Shown here: positions 50,151 to 62,857 of the stretch, piece after piece
Numbering within the stretch: the stretch's first letter is position 1
Layout of the letters: every line of letters starts with the position of its first letter
From: Eledone cirrhosa
Lineage: Eukaryota
Assembly: GCA_964016885.1 (NCBI GenBank)
Contig: OZ024743.1
Span: forward strand, 260,648,001 to 260,712,000
Length of the DNA stretch: 64,000 nucleotides
Direction: 5' to 3'
Notes under the pieces: generated by a model
What the model was told of the DNA's origin: nothing
The model's database searches: none
Seen by the model: only the letters and a program-made list of their open reading frames with translations
Program-made: the position numbers and the translations under genes

Positions 50151-52757
50151 TTATACTTCTCTTAGGTCAGTGTTGTTTGTTTGGGTGTTGTTGTTGTTCC
50201 ACTCATTCTTTCTGTTTAGCTTTGGTCTTCTAATTTCTATTTCACTGGCCTCTCTGATTTGCCTATCTGCTGGGTCATTCCTATGTTTAGATATTATTCT
50301 AATTTCTATGTTGTCTATGTTACCGTCATGTTGTTGTCTAGCATGTTCGTATAGTACTGACCCGTTTTTTCGTCCTTTTAGTTCCCCCCAGTGTTGGTCT
50401 ATCCTTTCACCTATGCTACGAGCTGTCTCACCTATGTATGTTGTTGTCATGTTTCTGCAAGTACCCTCTGTACATCTTATGCTATAGACTACGTTTCTAG
50501 TTTTACAGTTTATCCGGGGGTTCACCTTACAAATGATACATTTCCTATTGGTACAGTGGGTTTTCTTAAAAGGGTAGGTTTTGCTGATCAGGGATTTTAT
50601 GGTGGTTCCTGGCTTTTCTACCACCTTTATTTTTAAGTGGGTCTTTCTCAGGGCCTTTCTACACTGGTTAGCTAATTTCCCTCCAGGGATGGCGTCCACA
50701 AACATGACACTCTGATATCTCTGGTTGTCGTACCATGATGTGGCCTTCCCTATCTTATGTCTAGCCCTATCTAAGCTATTCCATGATTTGCTCCTGTATA
50801 GTGGGCAAATTCCTTTCATGTCCAGTTCTATGAGGGTCTTATACTTTTCCATGGCTCCTTCGTATACTCTGACTCTGTCTCTTTGGTTGTAGCCAGAGAA
50901 CTGCATGCGGTTGATGAAGTGTTGGATGTGTCCTTCCATTTCTGTTGGGTCGCACATGCTGGACACATTCTTCATCACTCGTACCAAATCTGCGATCAGA
51001 ATATTAAACTTAGCACTACTGGACATTGCTGAGTTTTTGAGTATCAGGTATTTGGAGGCCATGGGTTTAGCATAGTGTGAGTGGAGAATTTGGGCTCTCT
51101 CGTCTATAGTGTTAATCCAGAGTTCTGTGTCTAATACAGGTAGTCTATTGTTAGGGTGTTTGGAAGGGAAGTCTATAGTTACAGTTATACTCTGGTGTAT
51201 GGAATTAGCTATCTGCTGGATGCTTTCCATCGTGCTACGTTCTAAATCAAACTTGTTAGTACTCTCTAGTGGGGGTGTTCTTATAACTATATTGATATCG
51301 TCTACATAACGAGAGTACATGATGAGGTCTATGGAGCTTTCATTAAGGAGATCTTTAAGTCTCCTTTCCCACCATACCATGAAAAGGTTGGCAACATCAC
51401 CAGCTATGCTGACGCCGATGGCTGCTCCCTCATTTTGGGTGTAGATTTTCTCATTGAACTTAAATATGTGGCCCTTTAGGGTAGTTTTGATACTAGCCCC
51501 TATTGCATGTGCGACCATTTTTCTTACCTGATCAGTGTTTTGGGGGGTCCGTATAGCTTTGGTCCACCCAATCCACCTTCCTATGGGAGTCTTTTTAGCC
51601 ATTGAGGTTATGGTGGGGGGTCTACCTCTTATAGGTCTACTAGGGCAGAAACATCTAAGGTCATGGCTGTCTAGGTAGTCAGTGTCGTAGGTAAGTCTAA
51701 GTAGGAGGCCCAGTTCGTCTGTGTCGACGTCGCAGAACTCCACCTCACTCTCAATGATCATCTCCACACATCTTTTCACAGCAAAATCAATGTTAATGGA
51801 TGGGTACAGTGACACCACATCCATGCTGCCTATTATGCAGTTGGATAGGCTCCTGTTTTTGTTGCACTCACTGATTCTGCTGAGGAGGTCCTCTGTACTT
51901 TCACATACATCTGGGGACATCTTGATTATGGGGCGTATAACCATTGAGAGGAAGTAGGAGATCCTGTAGTTGCTAGCTATATTAGCTCCGCATACGGGTC
52001 TTGTTGGTGGTCCTGTTGTCGGGTCGTCGACTGTCTTGTGGTCCTTGCGGAGCCCATACAAGGGTGGTATGCCATTGTTAGACGCCTGGAAGTTGTTGGC
52101 AGTGCGTCTGCTTGGCTTTAGGATGTCAGTCCACATCATCATGTGAGCGTTGAGGATTTTTTCTCTCCCATCGTGTGTTAGTTGTGCAACTTCGCTCGTG
52201 TTGGTGATGTGGGGTTGCATTGCCTCGATGTAGTTCGGCATGCTATCTATTGACATCCTACCAGACTTATCTGTGGGTAGACACACTACCTCACCATCCC
52301 TTGTGCGCTGCTTGAGGCTAACCAAGCCTTCTACAGGTTTTATCCCAAGTTGTTGGGCCTCTGGTCTGCTCTGTCTCATAGTGTACCTGTCTACTACTTG
52401 TCTAATCTTATTTCTAGCTATGGTGAACTGTGCCTCCGTCTCGTCATCTATTTGCTGTGGTATGCAAACTCTTTTATTAAAGGGTAACCTCGTAGGATAG
52501 ATATTACCCATCTTATATGTTTTGTCAGCTGGGTTGAAAAATAGTTTCTCTAAGGGGTTGTCGTTATTTCTATCGTCATAGTTGTGTGTGTTGCTATTAT
52601 TGTTATCATGGTGGTTGTTGTTGTTTCTATCATTAGCATTAATATTATTATTGTTATGATTGCTAGATGTATTGTTGTTTACTTCACCGTTATTGTTGTT
52701 GTTGTTACTGCTATTTCTACCATTGTGGTTGTTGCTATTATTATGTTTCTTGTTTTT
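50151..52757 (-). CDS. PLE reverse transcriptase plus GIY-YIG endonuclease, uninterrupted frame but 5'-truncated
   Basis: LPTDKSG, PPLYGLRKDHK, RPVCGA, SMDVVSLYPSI, QNEGAAIG, RYVDDI, LPVLD, YAKP; NVVYSIRC...YIGETARSIGERIDQH...RQIREA...PKLN. Confidence 0.9.
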   Translation of the reverse strand, partial: KNKKHNNSNNHNGRNSSNNNNNNGEVNNNTSSNHNNNNINANDRNNNNHHDNNNSNTHNYDDRNNDNPLEKLFFNPADKTYKMGNIYPTRLPFNKRVCIPQQIDDETEAQFTIARNKIRQVVDRYTMRQSRPEAQQLGIKPVEGLVSLKQRTRDGEVVCLPTDKSGRMSIDSMPNYIEAMQPHITNTSEVAQLTHDGREKILNAHMMMWTDILKPSRRTANNFQASNNGIPPLYGLRKDHKTVDDPTTGPPTRPVCGANIASNYRISYFLSMVIRPIIKMSPDVCESTEDLLSRISECNKNRSLSNCIIGSMDVVSLYPSINIDFAVKRCVEMIIESEVEFCDVDTDELGLLLRLTYDTDYLDSHDLRCFCPSRPIRGRPPTITSMAKKTPIGRWIGWTKAIRTPQNTDQVRKMVAHAIGASIKTTLKGHIFKFNEKIYTQNEGAAIGVSIAGDVANLFMVWWERRLKDLLNESSIDLIMYSRYVDDINIVIRTPPLESTNKFDLERSTMESIQQIANSIHQSITVTIDFPSKHPNNRLPVLDTELWINTIDERAQILHSHYAKPMASKYLILKNSAMSSSAKFNILIADLVRVMKNVSSMCDPTEMEGHIQHFINRMQFSGYNQRDRVRVYEGAMEKYKTLIELDMKGICPLYRSKSWNSLDRARHKIGKATSWYDNQRYQSVMFVDAIPGGKLANQCRKALRKTHLKIKVVEKPGTTIKSLISKTYPFKKTHCTNRKCIICKVNPRINCKTRNVVYSIRCTEGTCRNMTTTYIGETARSIGERIDQHWGELKGRKNGSVLYEHARQQHDGNIDNIEIRIISKHRNDPADRQIREASEIEIRRPKLNRKNEWNNNNTQTNNTDLREV

Positions 52758-52800
52758 AATAAGATTAGACAAGTAGTAGACAGGTACACTATGAGACAGG

Positions 52801-53541
52801 TACAACCAAAGAGACAGAGTCAGAGTATACGAAGGAGCCATGGAAAAGTATAAGACCCTCATAGAACTGGACATGAAAGGAATTTGCCCACTATACAGGA
52901 GCAAATCATGGAATAGCTTAGATAGGGCTAGACATAAGATAGGGAAGGCCACATCATGGTACGACAACCAGAGATATCAGAGTGTCATGTTTGTGGACGC
53001 CACCCCTGGAGGGAAATTAGCTAACCAGTGTAGAAAGGCCCTGAGAAAGACCCACTTAAAAATAAAGGTGGTAGAAAAGCCAGGAACCACCATAAAATCC
53101 CTGATCAGCAAAACCTACCCTTTTAAGAAAACCCACTGTACCAATAGGAAATGTATCATTTGTAAGGTGAACCCCCGGATAAACTGTAAAACTAGAAACG
53201 TAGTCTATAGCATAAGATGTACAGAGGGTACTTGCAGAAACATGACAACAACATACATAGGTGAGACAGCTCGTAGCATAGGTGAAAGGATAGACCAACA
53301 CTGGGGGGAACTAAAAGGACGAAAAAACGGGTCAGTACTATACGAACATGCTAGACAACAACATGACGGTAACATAGACAACATAGAAATTAGAATAATA
53401 TCTAAACATAGGAATGACCCAGCAGATAGGCAAATCAGAGAGGCCAGTGAAATAGAAATTAGAAGACCAAAGCTAAACAGAAAGAATGAGTGGAACAACA
53501 ACAACACCCAAACAAACAACACTGACCTAAGAGAAGTATAA
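52801..53541 (+). pseudogene. Inverted duplicate of the PLE4 GIY-YIG region (233-aa ORF from 52840)
   Basis: Matches the C-terminus of the minus-strand ORF except DATP versus DAIP. Confidence 0.9.
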
Positions 53542-53801
53542 ATAAGTAAATAAAATAAAATAAAATAAGATAAATAAATACATACACAAGCACATAAACA
53601 CACACTAGTCACCCAGCAGACACAACACTATACACACTAGTCACACATCACACTATACACACACGCAAACGCATGCGCAAAGAAGACAAAATAAAATAAG
53701 ATAAACAAACAAGCAAATAAATAAATAAATATATAGACAGACTGAACAAAAAAAAATGGCGTAGACATACAACACAACAGGAGGAACAATGAATATAACA
53801 C

Positions 53802-53839
53802 CACTGACGATGTTGCAGATGTGCAACGAAAGATTTATG
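53802..53839 (+). ncRNA. Minimal hammerhead ribozyme (PLE4 right arm)
   Basis: CA-CUGACGA-U-GUUGCA(GAUG)UGCAAC-GAAA-GAUU-UA-UG; stem I is short. Confidence 0.68.
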
Positions 53840-54101
53840 TAAATTATGTAAACTATATATATGTGTTTGTGTCTATATTGTATCTGTATTATTTTTGACC
53901 GCCGGTCAGTCAATAGCAACATTGAGGACCGAGTAAGTTAGATCGCAGATATATATATATAAAAGACAGCGAGAAGCGAAAACCAACCAAACAGTGAGTG
54001 TGTTCTGTTATTAATTCTGGCAATATTACGCAAATATGACCCTCCCCAAATATAACAATATCTGTTTCGACACACGATTTCATATAAAAAACCTCGCAAA
54101 A

Positions 54102-54175
<74 letters not shown>

Positions 54176-54196
54176 TCGATGCGACCAGACTTCAAC

Positions 54197-54522
54197 ACAG
54201 CAACAACAACAACTACAACAACAACAGCAACTACAAAAATAACGACAGCAACAACAACAACAACAACAGCAACAGCAACAACAACAACAACAGCAACAAC
54301 ACCATTGTCTGCAGCAGCAGCAGCAGCAGCAGCAGTGAAATGAACAACAACAACGGCAGCAGCAGCAGCAATAACAACAACAACAACAACAACAACAACA
54401 ACGACGACAACAACAACTGCCACCACCATCACCATCACTGACACCATCCACCACCTTCACCACCACCACCACCACCACCACCACCACCATCACCATCACT
54501 GACACTATCCACCACCATCACC
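54197..54522. repeat. Compound (CAA)n/(CAG)n/(CAC)n triplet repeat
   Basis: Read directly. Confidence 0.92.
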
Positions 54523-54738
54523 AGCGATCAGGCCTTAGAAACAACTATAATACTAAATAACTATTCTGTTCTTGGCAGCGATTGTCCCAGCGCATTGCTG
54601 GTGCCTTGTTTTGGGGCCCGGAGAGTGGAGAGCCGTTGCTCTTTGCTGTAAAGCAAACAATTATTATTATTATATAAAAACTGAACTGGAAAAGTCAACA
54701 GTGACATGATTTTGATTTTGTATCAGTACTGACGATAA

Positions 54739-55647
54739 TCTATATATATAAAACTGTGGTTGTCAGTCTGTCTATCGATTTTTGGCACACATCTCCTCTT
54801 AGAATCTCTCACGGAATTGCACCGAAATTGTTATACTTGTACATTGAGCCCTAGCGAAGCCATCGGAAAAAAATATTTCAAATTGACCCACCCTATCTGA
54901 CGAAATCGAATATAATGTGTCGATTTTTGAGCGTAAGTTATCAGTTATTTCCCTTTGTTCTGTTTACATTGAGCGTCTTACGTAAACAATTACGCTGGCT
55001 TTCTCAGCGTTTAAAATGACATTAACACAATACACGAACAGTTGTCGAGCCAGCAAAATATTGACCTGCAAAATTCATCAGTTCGAACACTAAGCTTCCG
55101 TTTTGCTTCATTTCCATTTAAAAGCATTTTAAAACAATATTTTTACTTGAAAACAAGTCTATTTAAAGACTACGTAAAACAAGCAAATATTTCGTCGTTA
55201 GGCCTGCAGACAGACAATCGTGCAGACAGACAGTCGTGCAGAGAGGTGATATAGGCGTGCAGACAGACAGTCGTGCAGAGAGGTGATATAGGCGTGCAGA
55301 CAGATAGTCGTGCAGAGAGGTGATATAGGCGTGCAGACAGACATAACTGATAATTTGGTTACGCTAATGTTTTTCTCTGCGTTGCAGTGTTTACATTTTC
55401 GATCTTTGTTAATAAATAACCAGTGCAGTTTCTATCCCCAGCATCCTCTTTTGTTATAACATTCGGGCTATCGTTATGTTTTCTTAACTTCATAAGGCAT
55501 ATTGTTGGTTGAGGGAATATTAATCAAAAACACCACATGCAAGTCTGCACAGTAGACACTACAGTTTTTAAGCCAAGAAAGAAACTTAACATTGTAACTT
55601 TAACACAGCTACTGAGCGACCCCGAGCAACGCCGGGCTTTACTGCTA

Positions 55648-55648
<1 letters not shown>
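54739..55648 (+). mobile_element. Non-autonomous Helitron H1, third copy
   Basis: A|TC...hairpin...CTAG|T; one fewer 37-bp unit than 34794-35707. Confidence 0.9.
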
Positions 55649-55730
<82 letters not shown>

Positions 55731-55871
55731 AGAATATTTTCGAAACAGCGAGTGGGTTTGAAATTATTAGAAATGTAAGCTATCGCCGTATTTTGACTAA
55801 AGAAATTAAAGATATTATTTAGCCTGATAGTAGAGTTAAGAACCCTCGGAGAAATGGAAAAAGATGAGTAT

Positions 55872-55943
55872 TGACGTACATGGGAGTCCCACCCACATCT
55901 TTGGTTATCCGGACCACTGTGCTACCATTTACACCAACACATC
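55872..55943 (-). pseudogene. tRNA-like sequence with mutated T loop
   Basis: Same as 56198-56269 but TTCGA is changed to TGGGA. Confidence 0.7.
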
Positions 55944-56197
55944 ACCCGTCTTTTTCCATTCAAATTAGAAGCTATAAACTTAGCGACTGTAATGTCAAGT
56001 AAGAATATTTTCGAAACAGCGAGTGGGTTTGAAATTATTAGAAATGTAAGCTATCGCCGTATTTTGACTAAAGAAATTAAAGAAATTATTTAGCCTCATA
56101 GTGGGGTTAAGAACCCTCGGAGAAATGGAAAAATAATCTTACTTGACATTACAGTCGCTAAGTTTATAGCTTCTAATTTGAATGGAAAAAGACGGGT

Positions 56198-56269
56198 GAT
56201 GTGTTGGTGTAAATGGTAGCACAGTGGTCCGGATAACCAAAGATGTGGGTTCGACTCCCATGTACGTCA
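56198..56269 (+). tRNA. tRNA-like cloverleaf (anticodon position GGA), probably not a decoding tRNA
   Basis: Acceptor GATGTGT/GTACGTC plus A; D arm GTGT/GCAC; anticodon arm TGGT-CCGGATA-ACCA; T arm GTGGG-TTCGACT-CCCAT; TTTTT about 10 nt downstream. C at position 33 and a short variable loop are atypical for tRNA-Ser. Confidence 0.7.
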
Positions 56270-56539
56270 ATACTCATCTTTTTCCATTTCTCCGCGGCTT
56301 CTTAACCCCACTATCAGGCTAAATAATTTCTTTAATTTCTTTAGTCAAAATACGGCGATAGCTTACATTTCTAATAATATATATATATATATATATGGTG
56401 TGTGTTTTTTGTATGCATGAGTGTTGGTGTGTGAGTGGCGTGTGTGTTTGTATGCATGAGTGTTGGTGTTTGAGTGAGTGTGTGTGTGTCTGCTGTGAGT
56501 GTCAATAATTGTGTTTTTTTTTGGGGGGGGGGGTTATGA

Positions 56540-59500
56540 CCATGCTGTAAAATAGAGAGGTAGAGAGGGCCCATGAGTCCAGTAAGACATGCTCTATGGT
56601 GCTGGTGTCACAAATAAAAGCACCCAGTCCATGCTGTAAAGTGGCGCTGGTGTTAGGAAGGGCATCCAACCAGTTTATCAATGCCAAAATGATTATAAGC
56701 ACAGCAACAAGTATATAGGAACAACAAAAATATGAAGACATCGCATCTCAGAGTTGCAACACTTAATAATGTTGGCACTCTCACAGGTAGATCTGCTGAA
56801 ATAGCGAAGATGCTGGAGAGAAGGCATGTGCTGCGTGCAAGAGGTAAGATAGAGAGGTGCCTCTGCGAGACTAGTCGCAGGCAAACATCTTAGCTATAAG
56901 CTTTTCTGGGTAGGTAAGGATGATGGGTTAGGGGGAGTAGGCATTTTCCTGGCTGAGAGATGGATCAATAAGACAATAGAGGTAGTTCGAGTTAGTAATC
57001 GAATAATTAAGCTTATATTAGTTGTAGGCCAGAGACTACTGACAATCATCTCTGTTTATGCTCTCCAAGCAGGCCTAGGCAAAGAAGAGAAAGACTGCTT
57101 TTACGAGCAACTCTTACAAACAACCGCAATGTCAGAGGACTGAGACATCGTTATGCTAGCAGGGAACTTCAATGGTCATGTTGGACAGCTCCAGGATGGT
57201 TACACTGGGGTACATGGTAGGCACGGTTACGGCTCAAGAAATGAAGAAGGAGTGAGACTTCTTGAATTTTGTGATGCAAGTACACTGACTCTTTGCAACA
57301 CTAACCTCCAGAAAACTGTCAACCACCTAATAACCTACAAATCAGACGAGCACATAAGCCAGATTGACTTCTTACTAGTTAGGCAGCGGGACAGGCAGGT
57401 GGTGTCAAATACCAAGGCATACCCAGGGGAAGAATGTACCCCACAGCATAGGTTAGTCGTTAGTGATATCTCAGTAAGCAAGAGATGGAATGAGACATAC
57501 AGGAAGGTGTGGAGAAGAAAGGTCTGGAAGCTAAAAGACCTTTCACTAAAATACAAATTTAGGAAAGCCCTTCAAGATGTGTATGACGAAAAAGAAGACG
57601 ATTTAGAGACGTATGACAGATAATAACTGGAATTTCTTACGTGACAACTTACTGCAGGCTACTGATGAAACTTGTGGCTGGAGCAGAGCTCCTACCAGAC
57701 AAAGAGTGACCTGGTGGTGGAACAGCTCAGTAGATAAGGTCATTAGAGACAAAAGACTAGCATGGAAGGCTTGGAGAAAGGGTGGGAGTAGAGAAGGATA
57801 TACAGCCGCTAAGAGAGAAGCTAGACGTCAGGTGTACTTAGCACGCAGGGAGGTGAGAGTAGGAGGTTTGCCAATGTTCTGCGACGGGAAGATCAGAGGC
57901 GTGCGGTGTTCTACATTGCAAAGCAGTGTGTCAATGCAAATCAGGATGTTGTTGGAGATAAATGCGTCCGGAATGATGCCGGTGTACTTAGTGTCACGAA
58001 TGATCAGAAAAAAGAGGCCTGGAAATGTCATTATGAGAGACTGGTGAATGTGGAGAACGAATGGGAGAGAGAGATATTACCCTCAGTAGGTCCGATAGAG
58101 GGACCAGCTATTGAGATTGACGAATATAGGGTCCAAGAGGCAATTAAGGAAATGAAAAATGGTAAGGCTGCTGGATTGTCGGGGATAGTTGGTGAGATGC
58201 TGAAGGCATCAGGGGACGTAGGCACTAAACTGGTTGCACGCATCATCAATCAGGCTATATATGGTGGTGTCATACTCAAAGACTGGTGCAACAGTATTCT
58301 CATAAATTGCTACAAAGGTAAAGGGGATGCTCTGGAGAGGAGCAATTATAGGGGCATAAAGCTGATGGATCAGGTTATGAAAGTGGTAGAAAGGATATTA
58401 GCACAACTAATTAGAGAAAGGGTCAAACTAGATGAGATTCAGTTTGGTTTTGTGCCTGGGAAGAGTACAACAGATGCCCTCTTCTTGGTGAGACAATTAC
58501 AAGAGAGGTTCTTAGAGAAGAATAAGCCACTATACTTAGCCTTTGTTGACCTAGAGAAGGCCTTTGATAGGGTACCCCGATCTGTCATCTGGTAGTCCCT
58601 AAGGAAACTAGGTGTTGAGGAATGGCTTGTGAGGACAATGCAAACTTTGTGCAGAGGTGTTGTCAGTAAAGTCAGGGTAGGAATGGAGTTTAGTGAGGAA
58701 TTTCAGATACAAGTGGGAGTACATCAAGGTTCGGTCCTCAGCCCTCTCTTGTTCATTATAATCCTCGAAGCCATAACAGAGGAGTTTAAGACTGGCTGTC
58801 CATGGGAACTTCTCTATGCTGACGATCTGGTTCTTATAGCAGAATCAGTAGAGGAGCTAGAGAATAAATTCTGGGTATGGAAACAGCAGTTGGAAGCAAG
58901 AGGACTGAAAGTGAACCTAACTAAGGCAAAAGTGTTGATGAGTAGAAAAGAGGACAAAACTCTGATTCTGTTAGGGAAATGGCCATGTTCGATAAGCAGA
59001 AAAGGAACTGGCATAAATTCTATAAAATGCACACAATGCAGATCCTGGGTACACAAGAGATGTAGTGGGATAGCAGGCAAACTAACAGGTAGGGTGAAAT
59101 ACATATGCAGTAGATGTACAGGGAAATTAGACAGTAGAAGTCGCATTGATAGACACATTTTTTCAAATGCAGTCGGCTGCTATAGAAGTGGTGGATAGCT
59201 TCCGGTACCTAGGAGATCAGATTAGCATGAGAGTGGGGTGTTCCGAGGCCATAGTATCTAGAATAAGGACGGGTTGGAAGAATTTTAGAGAGCTGCTTCC
59301 TCTGCTAACGAAGAAGGGTTTCTCCCTGCGTACGAAAGGCCGGTTATATGATGCCTGTGTGAGGAGCGCGGTGCTGCATGGTAGTGAGACATGGGCAGCA
59401 ACTGCAGAGGATATGCAACGGCTGGAGAGAAATGAGGCAAGCATGCTCCGTTGGATGTGCAATGTCAATGTGCGTGAACGACCCAGCCTGAATGTGTTGA

Positions 59501-59820
59501 GAGAGAAACTGTGTCTGATAGGGATAGAATGTAGTGTGCGAGAGAGGAGACTGAGGTGGTATGGACATGTGATGCGCATGGAGGATGACCGATGGGTGAA
59601 GAAGTGCCAGGAAATGCCAGTTGAAGGACGACGTGGTAGAGGTAGATCACGAAAAAACATGAGAGGTGGTGGTGAGAACAGAACTCAGATCGCTGAAGCT
59701 CACGGTGGAGATGACGAAGGATCGTGACAAGTTGAGAGGTGCTGTGCTGAATAAGACCCGTCCCACCCTTGCATGCAGGGAAAAGCAGACGTAAAATGAT
59801 GATGATGATGATGATGATGA

Positions 59821-59824
<4 letters not shown>
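56540..59824 (+). mobile_element. RTE-clade LINE, near full length, decayed, (GAT)n tail
   Basis: From ATG 56732: LRVATLN, CVQE, GNFNGHVG, IDF, PQH (APE); YKGKGD..NYRGIKL, QFGF.PGKSTTDA, FVDLEKAFDRV, GVHQGSVLSP, LYADDL; LHGSETW, RRLRWYGHV. Stops and frameshifts throughout; 5' boundary approximate. Confidence 0.92.
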
Positions 59825-59855
<31 letters not shown>

Positions 59856-59990
59856 TAATTTTCTTTTTATTTGCCACCAGGGCATCAAAAAGTGGGACAA
59901 GTACAATGGGGGGAGTTTACATGAAAAGGCGTCCTCAATAAGGAGGAGGCAATAACAAAGTATAAAAATAAAATAAAATAATATATATAA

Positions 59991-60024
<34 letters not shown>

Positions 60025-60442
60025 GGGCATACATTCAGACAGACACGCAGACGGGTGCACATGCACACACCGAGCTTCTTTCTTTCCATTTCTCTCACAC
60101 ACACTACCATTCTCTCTCTCTCTCACTCTCTCTCTCTCTCTTCCTCTCTCTCTCTCTCTCTCTCGCTCTCTCTCTCTCTCTCCCTCTCTCTCTGTATATG
60201 ACTCTTATTAACAATTTACTCTCAGTGTCATCTCTTTGGTAACAGATGTGTGCTTTTTATGACTGCTTTATGTTCTCGTATACAACCACACGAACATACA
60301 CATATACTCCGGTGTGCACACATACACACATATGTTTATACACCAGTGTGCATAAATACACATTATATATATATACTTACACGCTCACCTACAAGCGTTT
60401 ATATATATTCCCACACATTTTTTGCACGTACGCACACACAAA

Positions 60443-60501
<59 letters not shown>

Positions 60502-60615
60502 GTACACTTATGCAAGTACTTTGCATATACAATCACATGTGTATATAAAAAGGGATATATACATATAATTATATACTTATGGTAATATAATCCACTGTCA
60601 CCCTGCCACACACTT

Positions 60616-60653
<38 letters not shown>

Positions 60654-60749
60654 GCACACACACGCACACATATATATATATGTGTATATATATATACATA
60701 TATACACTATGCATTTCTATTTTGACTCCTTTCCCCTTATATATATTCA

Positions 60750-60801
<52 letters not shown>

Positions 60802-61161
60802 CGACAGTGGTGGGGTGAGTGATATCTATCTATGTATCTCCTTTCAGCCACACCCCATTGTTAAACCACCACTACCATCACCGCCGCCAACACCACCACC
60901 ACTACCACCACCACCACCGCCGTCGCCCAGTTTACATTTATAACTATTGATATATTTTTAAGTATTCATCATAAACTATGTAATTACATTACATAGTTTA
61001 TATGTATGAATATATTACATATATTTCGATGTATATGTATGTATGTATATATGTTAGTATACTTTTATATATATATATATATAATATACATATATAAATA
61101 TAAATATACCTTCCATATGCTGTACCGATTGTGTTGTTATTTCTATTTAACTTTTACATAC

Positions 61162-61277
<116 letters not shown>

Positions 61278-61430
61278 AAGAGAGAGAAAGCGAGAAAGAG
61301 AGATATGTATGTATACATATATACATATATACATGTGTGTGTGTGTGTTTATGTTTAAGCATTTATAAATTCATTATAATATTTTCCCAGTGAAAAGTTA
61401 TAGAGTTCTACATTATATTTATATATATAC

Positions 61431-61955
61431 GCGGGTTGTTGGTTCAATCCCGTTGTATGGCACTTGGCTTGGTTAAATATCTTCTACTATATCATCAGTT
61501 TCACCAATGCCTGTCCATGAAAATTGGTAGAAGGTAACTAATGTGTGTGTGTGTGTGTGCGTGTCGGTTTATGTATGTGTGTGTTCGTGTCGGCTTATGT
61601 GTGTGTGTATATGTGTGTGCGTGTGTGAGTGCGTGTGTGTGTGTGTGCGTGTCGGTTTATGTGTGTGTGTGTGCGTGCGTGAGCGCGTGTGTGTGTTCTT
61701 GTCGGCTTATGTGTGTGTGCGTGCGTGCGTTAGCGCGCGTGTGTGTGTGTGTGTGTGCGTGCGTGAGCGCGTGTGTATTCGTGTCGGCTTATGTGTGTGT
61801 GTGTATACCGTAACATAGCGGTTCTACACAGAAGATATAGATGAAATAACTTCTAGATTTTAAAAAATAACGTTCTTTGATTGATATGATCGACATAATC
61901 AAGCAAGTGCAACAGCATGGCCACTCTCTCATTACTGAAAGCAGTAAAAGAATAA
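61431..61955 (+). mobile_element. Old SINE with internal (GT)-rich expansion
   Basis: B-box-like GGTTCAATCCC at the start; 3' end CAGCATGGCC...TGAAAGCAGTAAAAGAATAA is also seen at about 13370-13410. Confidence 0.5.
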
Positions 61956-62446
61956 CAAAATCAATGTTTTCTATTTAGATGAGAAAAATAAAATTTAATG
62001 TTTAAATCTTTAATATATCATTATTATTACCATTATTGTTGTTGTTGTAGTTGTAGTTGTTGTTGTTATTATTATTATCATTATTTAACCAGCTGTCGCA
62101 ATTCTCTCCCCTGCTTTCTCTTTTTCCATCTCTTAAAATCTCTCACTCACACCCTCTCTCTATTGCTAGCTTTTTCTCTATATAACTTCAGCTGTGTTTC
62201 TTACAATATTTGTGTCTCCCTATCTCTTGTCTTTTCCTCCTTTTTCTTTGCCTTTTATTATTAGTTTCTATTGCATGATACTTTTACTGTCTTTTCCTTT
62301 TCTCTTTTATTTCCTTTCATTTTTTTTTCTAGTTATTTTTGTTATATCTTTTGTGTTTCCTTGTTTGTCTCAAACTCCCCCACCCCGCTTTCTATCCAAC
62401 GCTTATCTCATCTGTCTATTTATTTACGTATCTACCTATCTATGTA

Positions 62447-62485
<39 letters not shown>

Positions 62486-62527
62486 TTTTTATTTATAACT
62501 TTATGCATTCATCTAACTTCTAACTTA

Positions 62528-62570
<43 letters not shown>

Positions 62571-62616
62571 AGAGAGAGAGAGAGGTATATACACATACAT
62601 TTAAACATACATACAT

Positions 62617-62659
<43 letters not shown>

Positions 62660-62677
62660 CATATAGACACACACATA

Positions 62678-62713
62678 TCTTCTGATAAAGGACTAGTGTC
62701 CGAGACGTTAAGA
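62678..62713 (+). ncRNA. Degenerate hammerhead, same family as 25167
   Basis: UCUU-CUGAUAA-A-GGAC(UAGU)GUCC-GAGA-CG-UU-AAGA. Confidence 0.55.
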
Positions 62714-62774
62714 CTATCTTCCTGCTATTTCAAGCGTTAAATCAATATATATCTTCATTGTTTTGTTATTTAGG

Positions 62775-62830
<56 letters not shown>

Positions 62831-62857
62831 CATAATATACACACATATATATACACA

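Larger units (their letters stand above)
55728..56378. mobile_element. 271-bp-unit repeat carrying a tRNA cloverleaf: 1.5 tandem units on minus plus an inverted unit on plus
   Basis: 55728-55862 is repeated at 55999-56133; 56137-56378 is an inverted copy; (TA)n flanks. Confidence 0.88.

Noticed and set aside
52758-52967. N-terminus of the listed 938-aa ORF (likewise those of the 397-aa and 234-aa ORFs)
   Set aside because: Read-through from the antisense inverted arm, not a real start.
54172-54522. PolyQ/polyH-like exon
   Set aside because: Stops interrupt the frames and no non-repetitive coding context flanks it.
56198-56269. Functional tRNA-Ser(GGA) gene
   Set aside because: No long variable arm, C at position 33, several G-U pairs in the acceptor stem, and it is embedded in a repeat.
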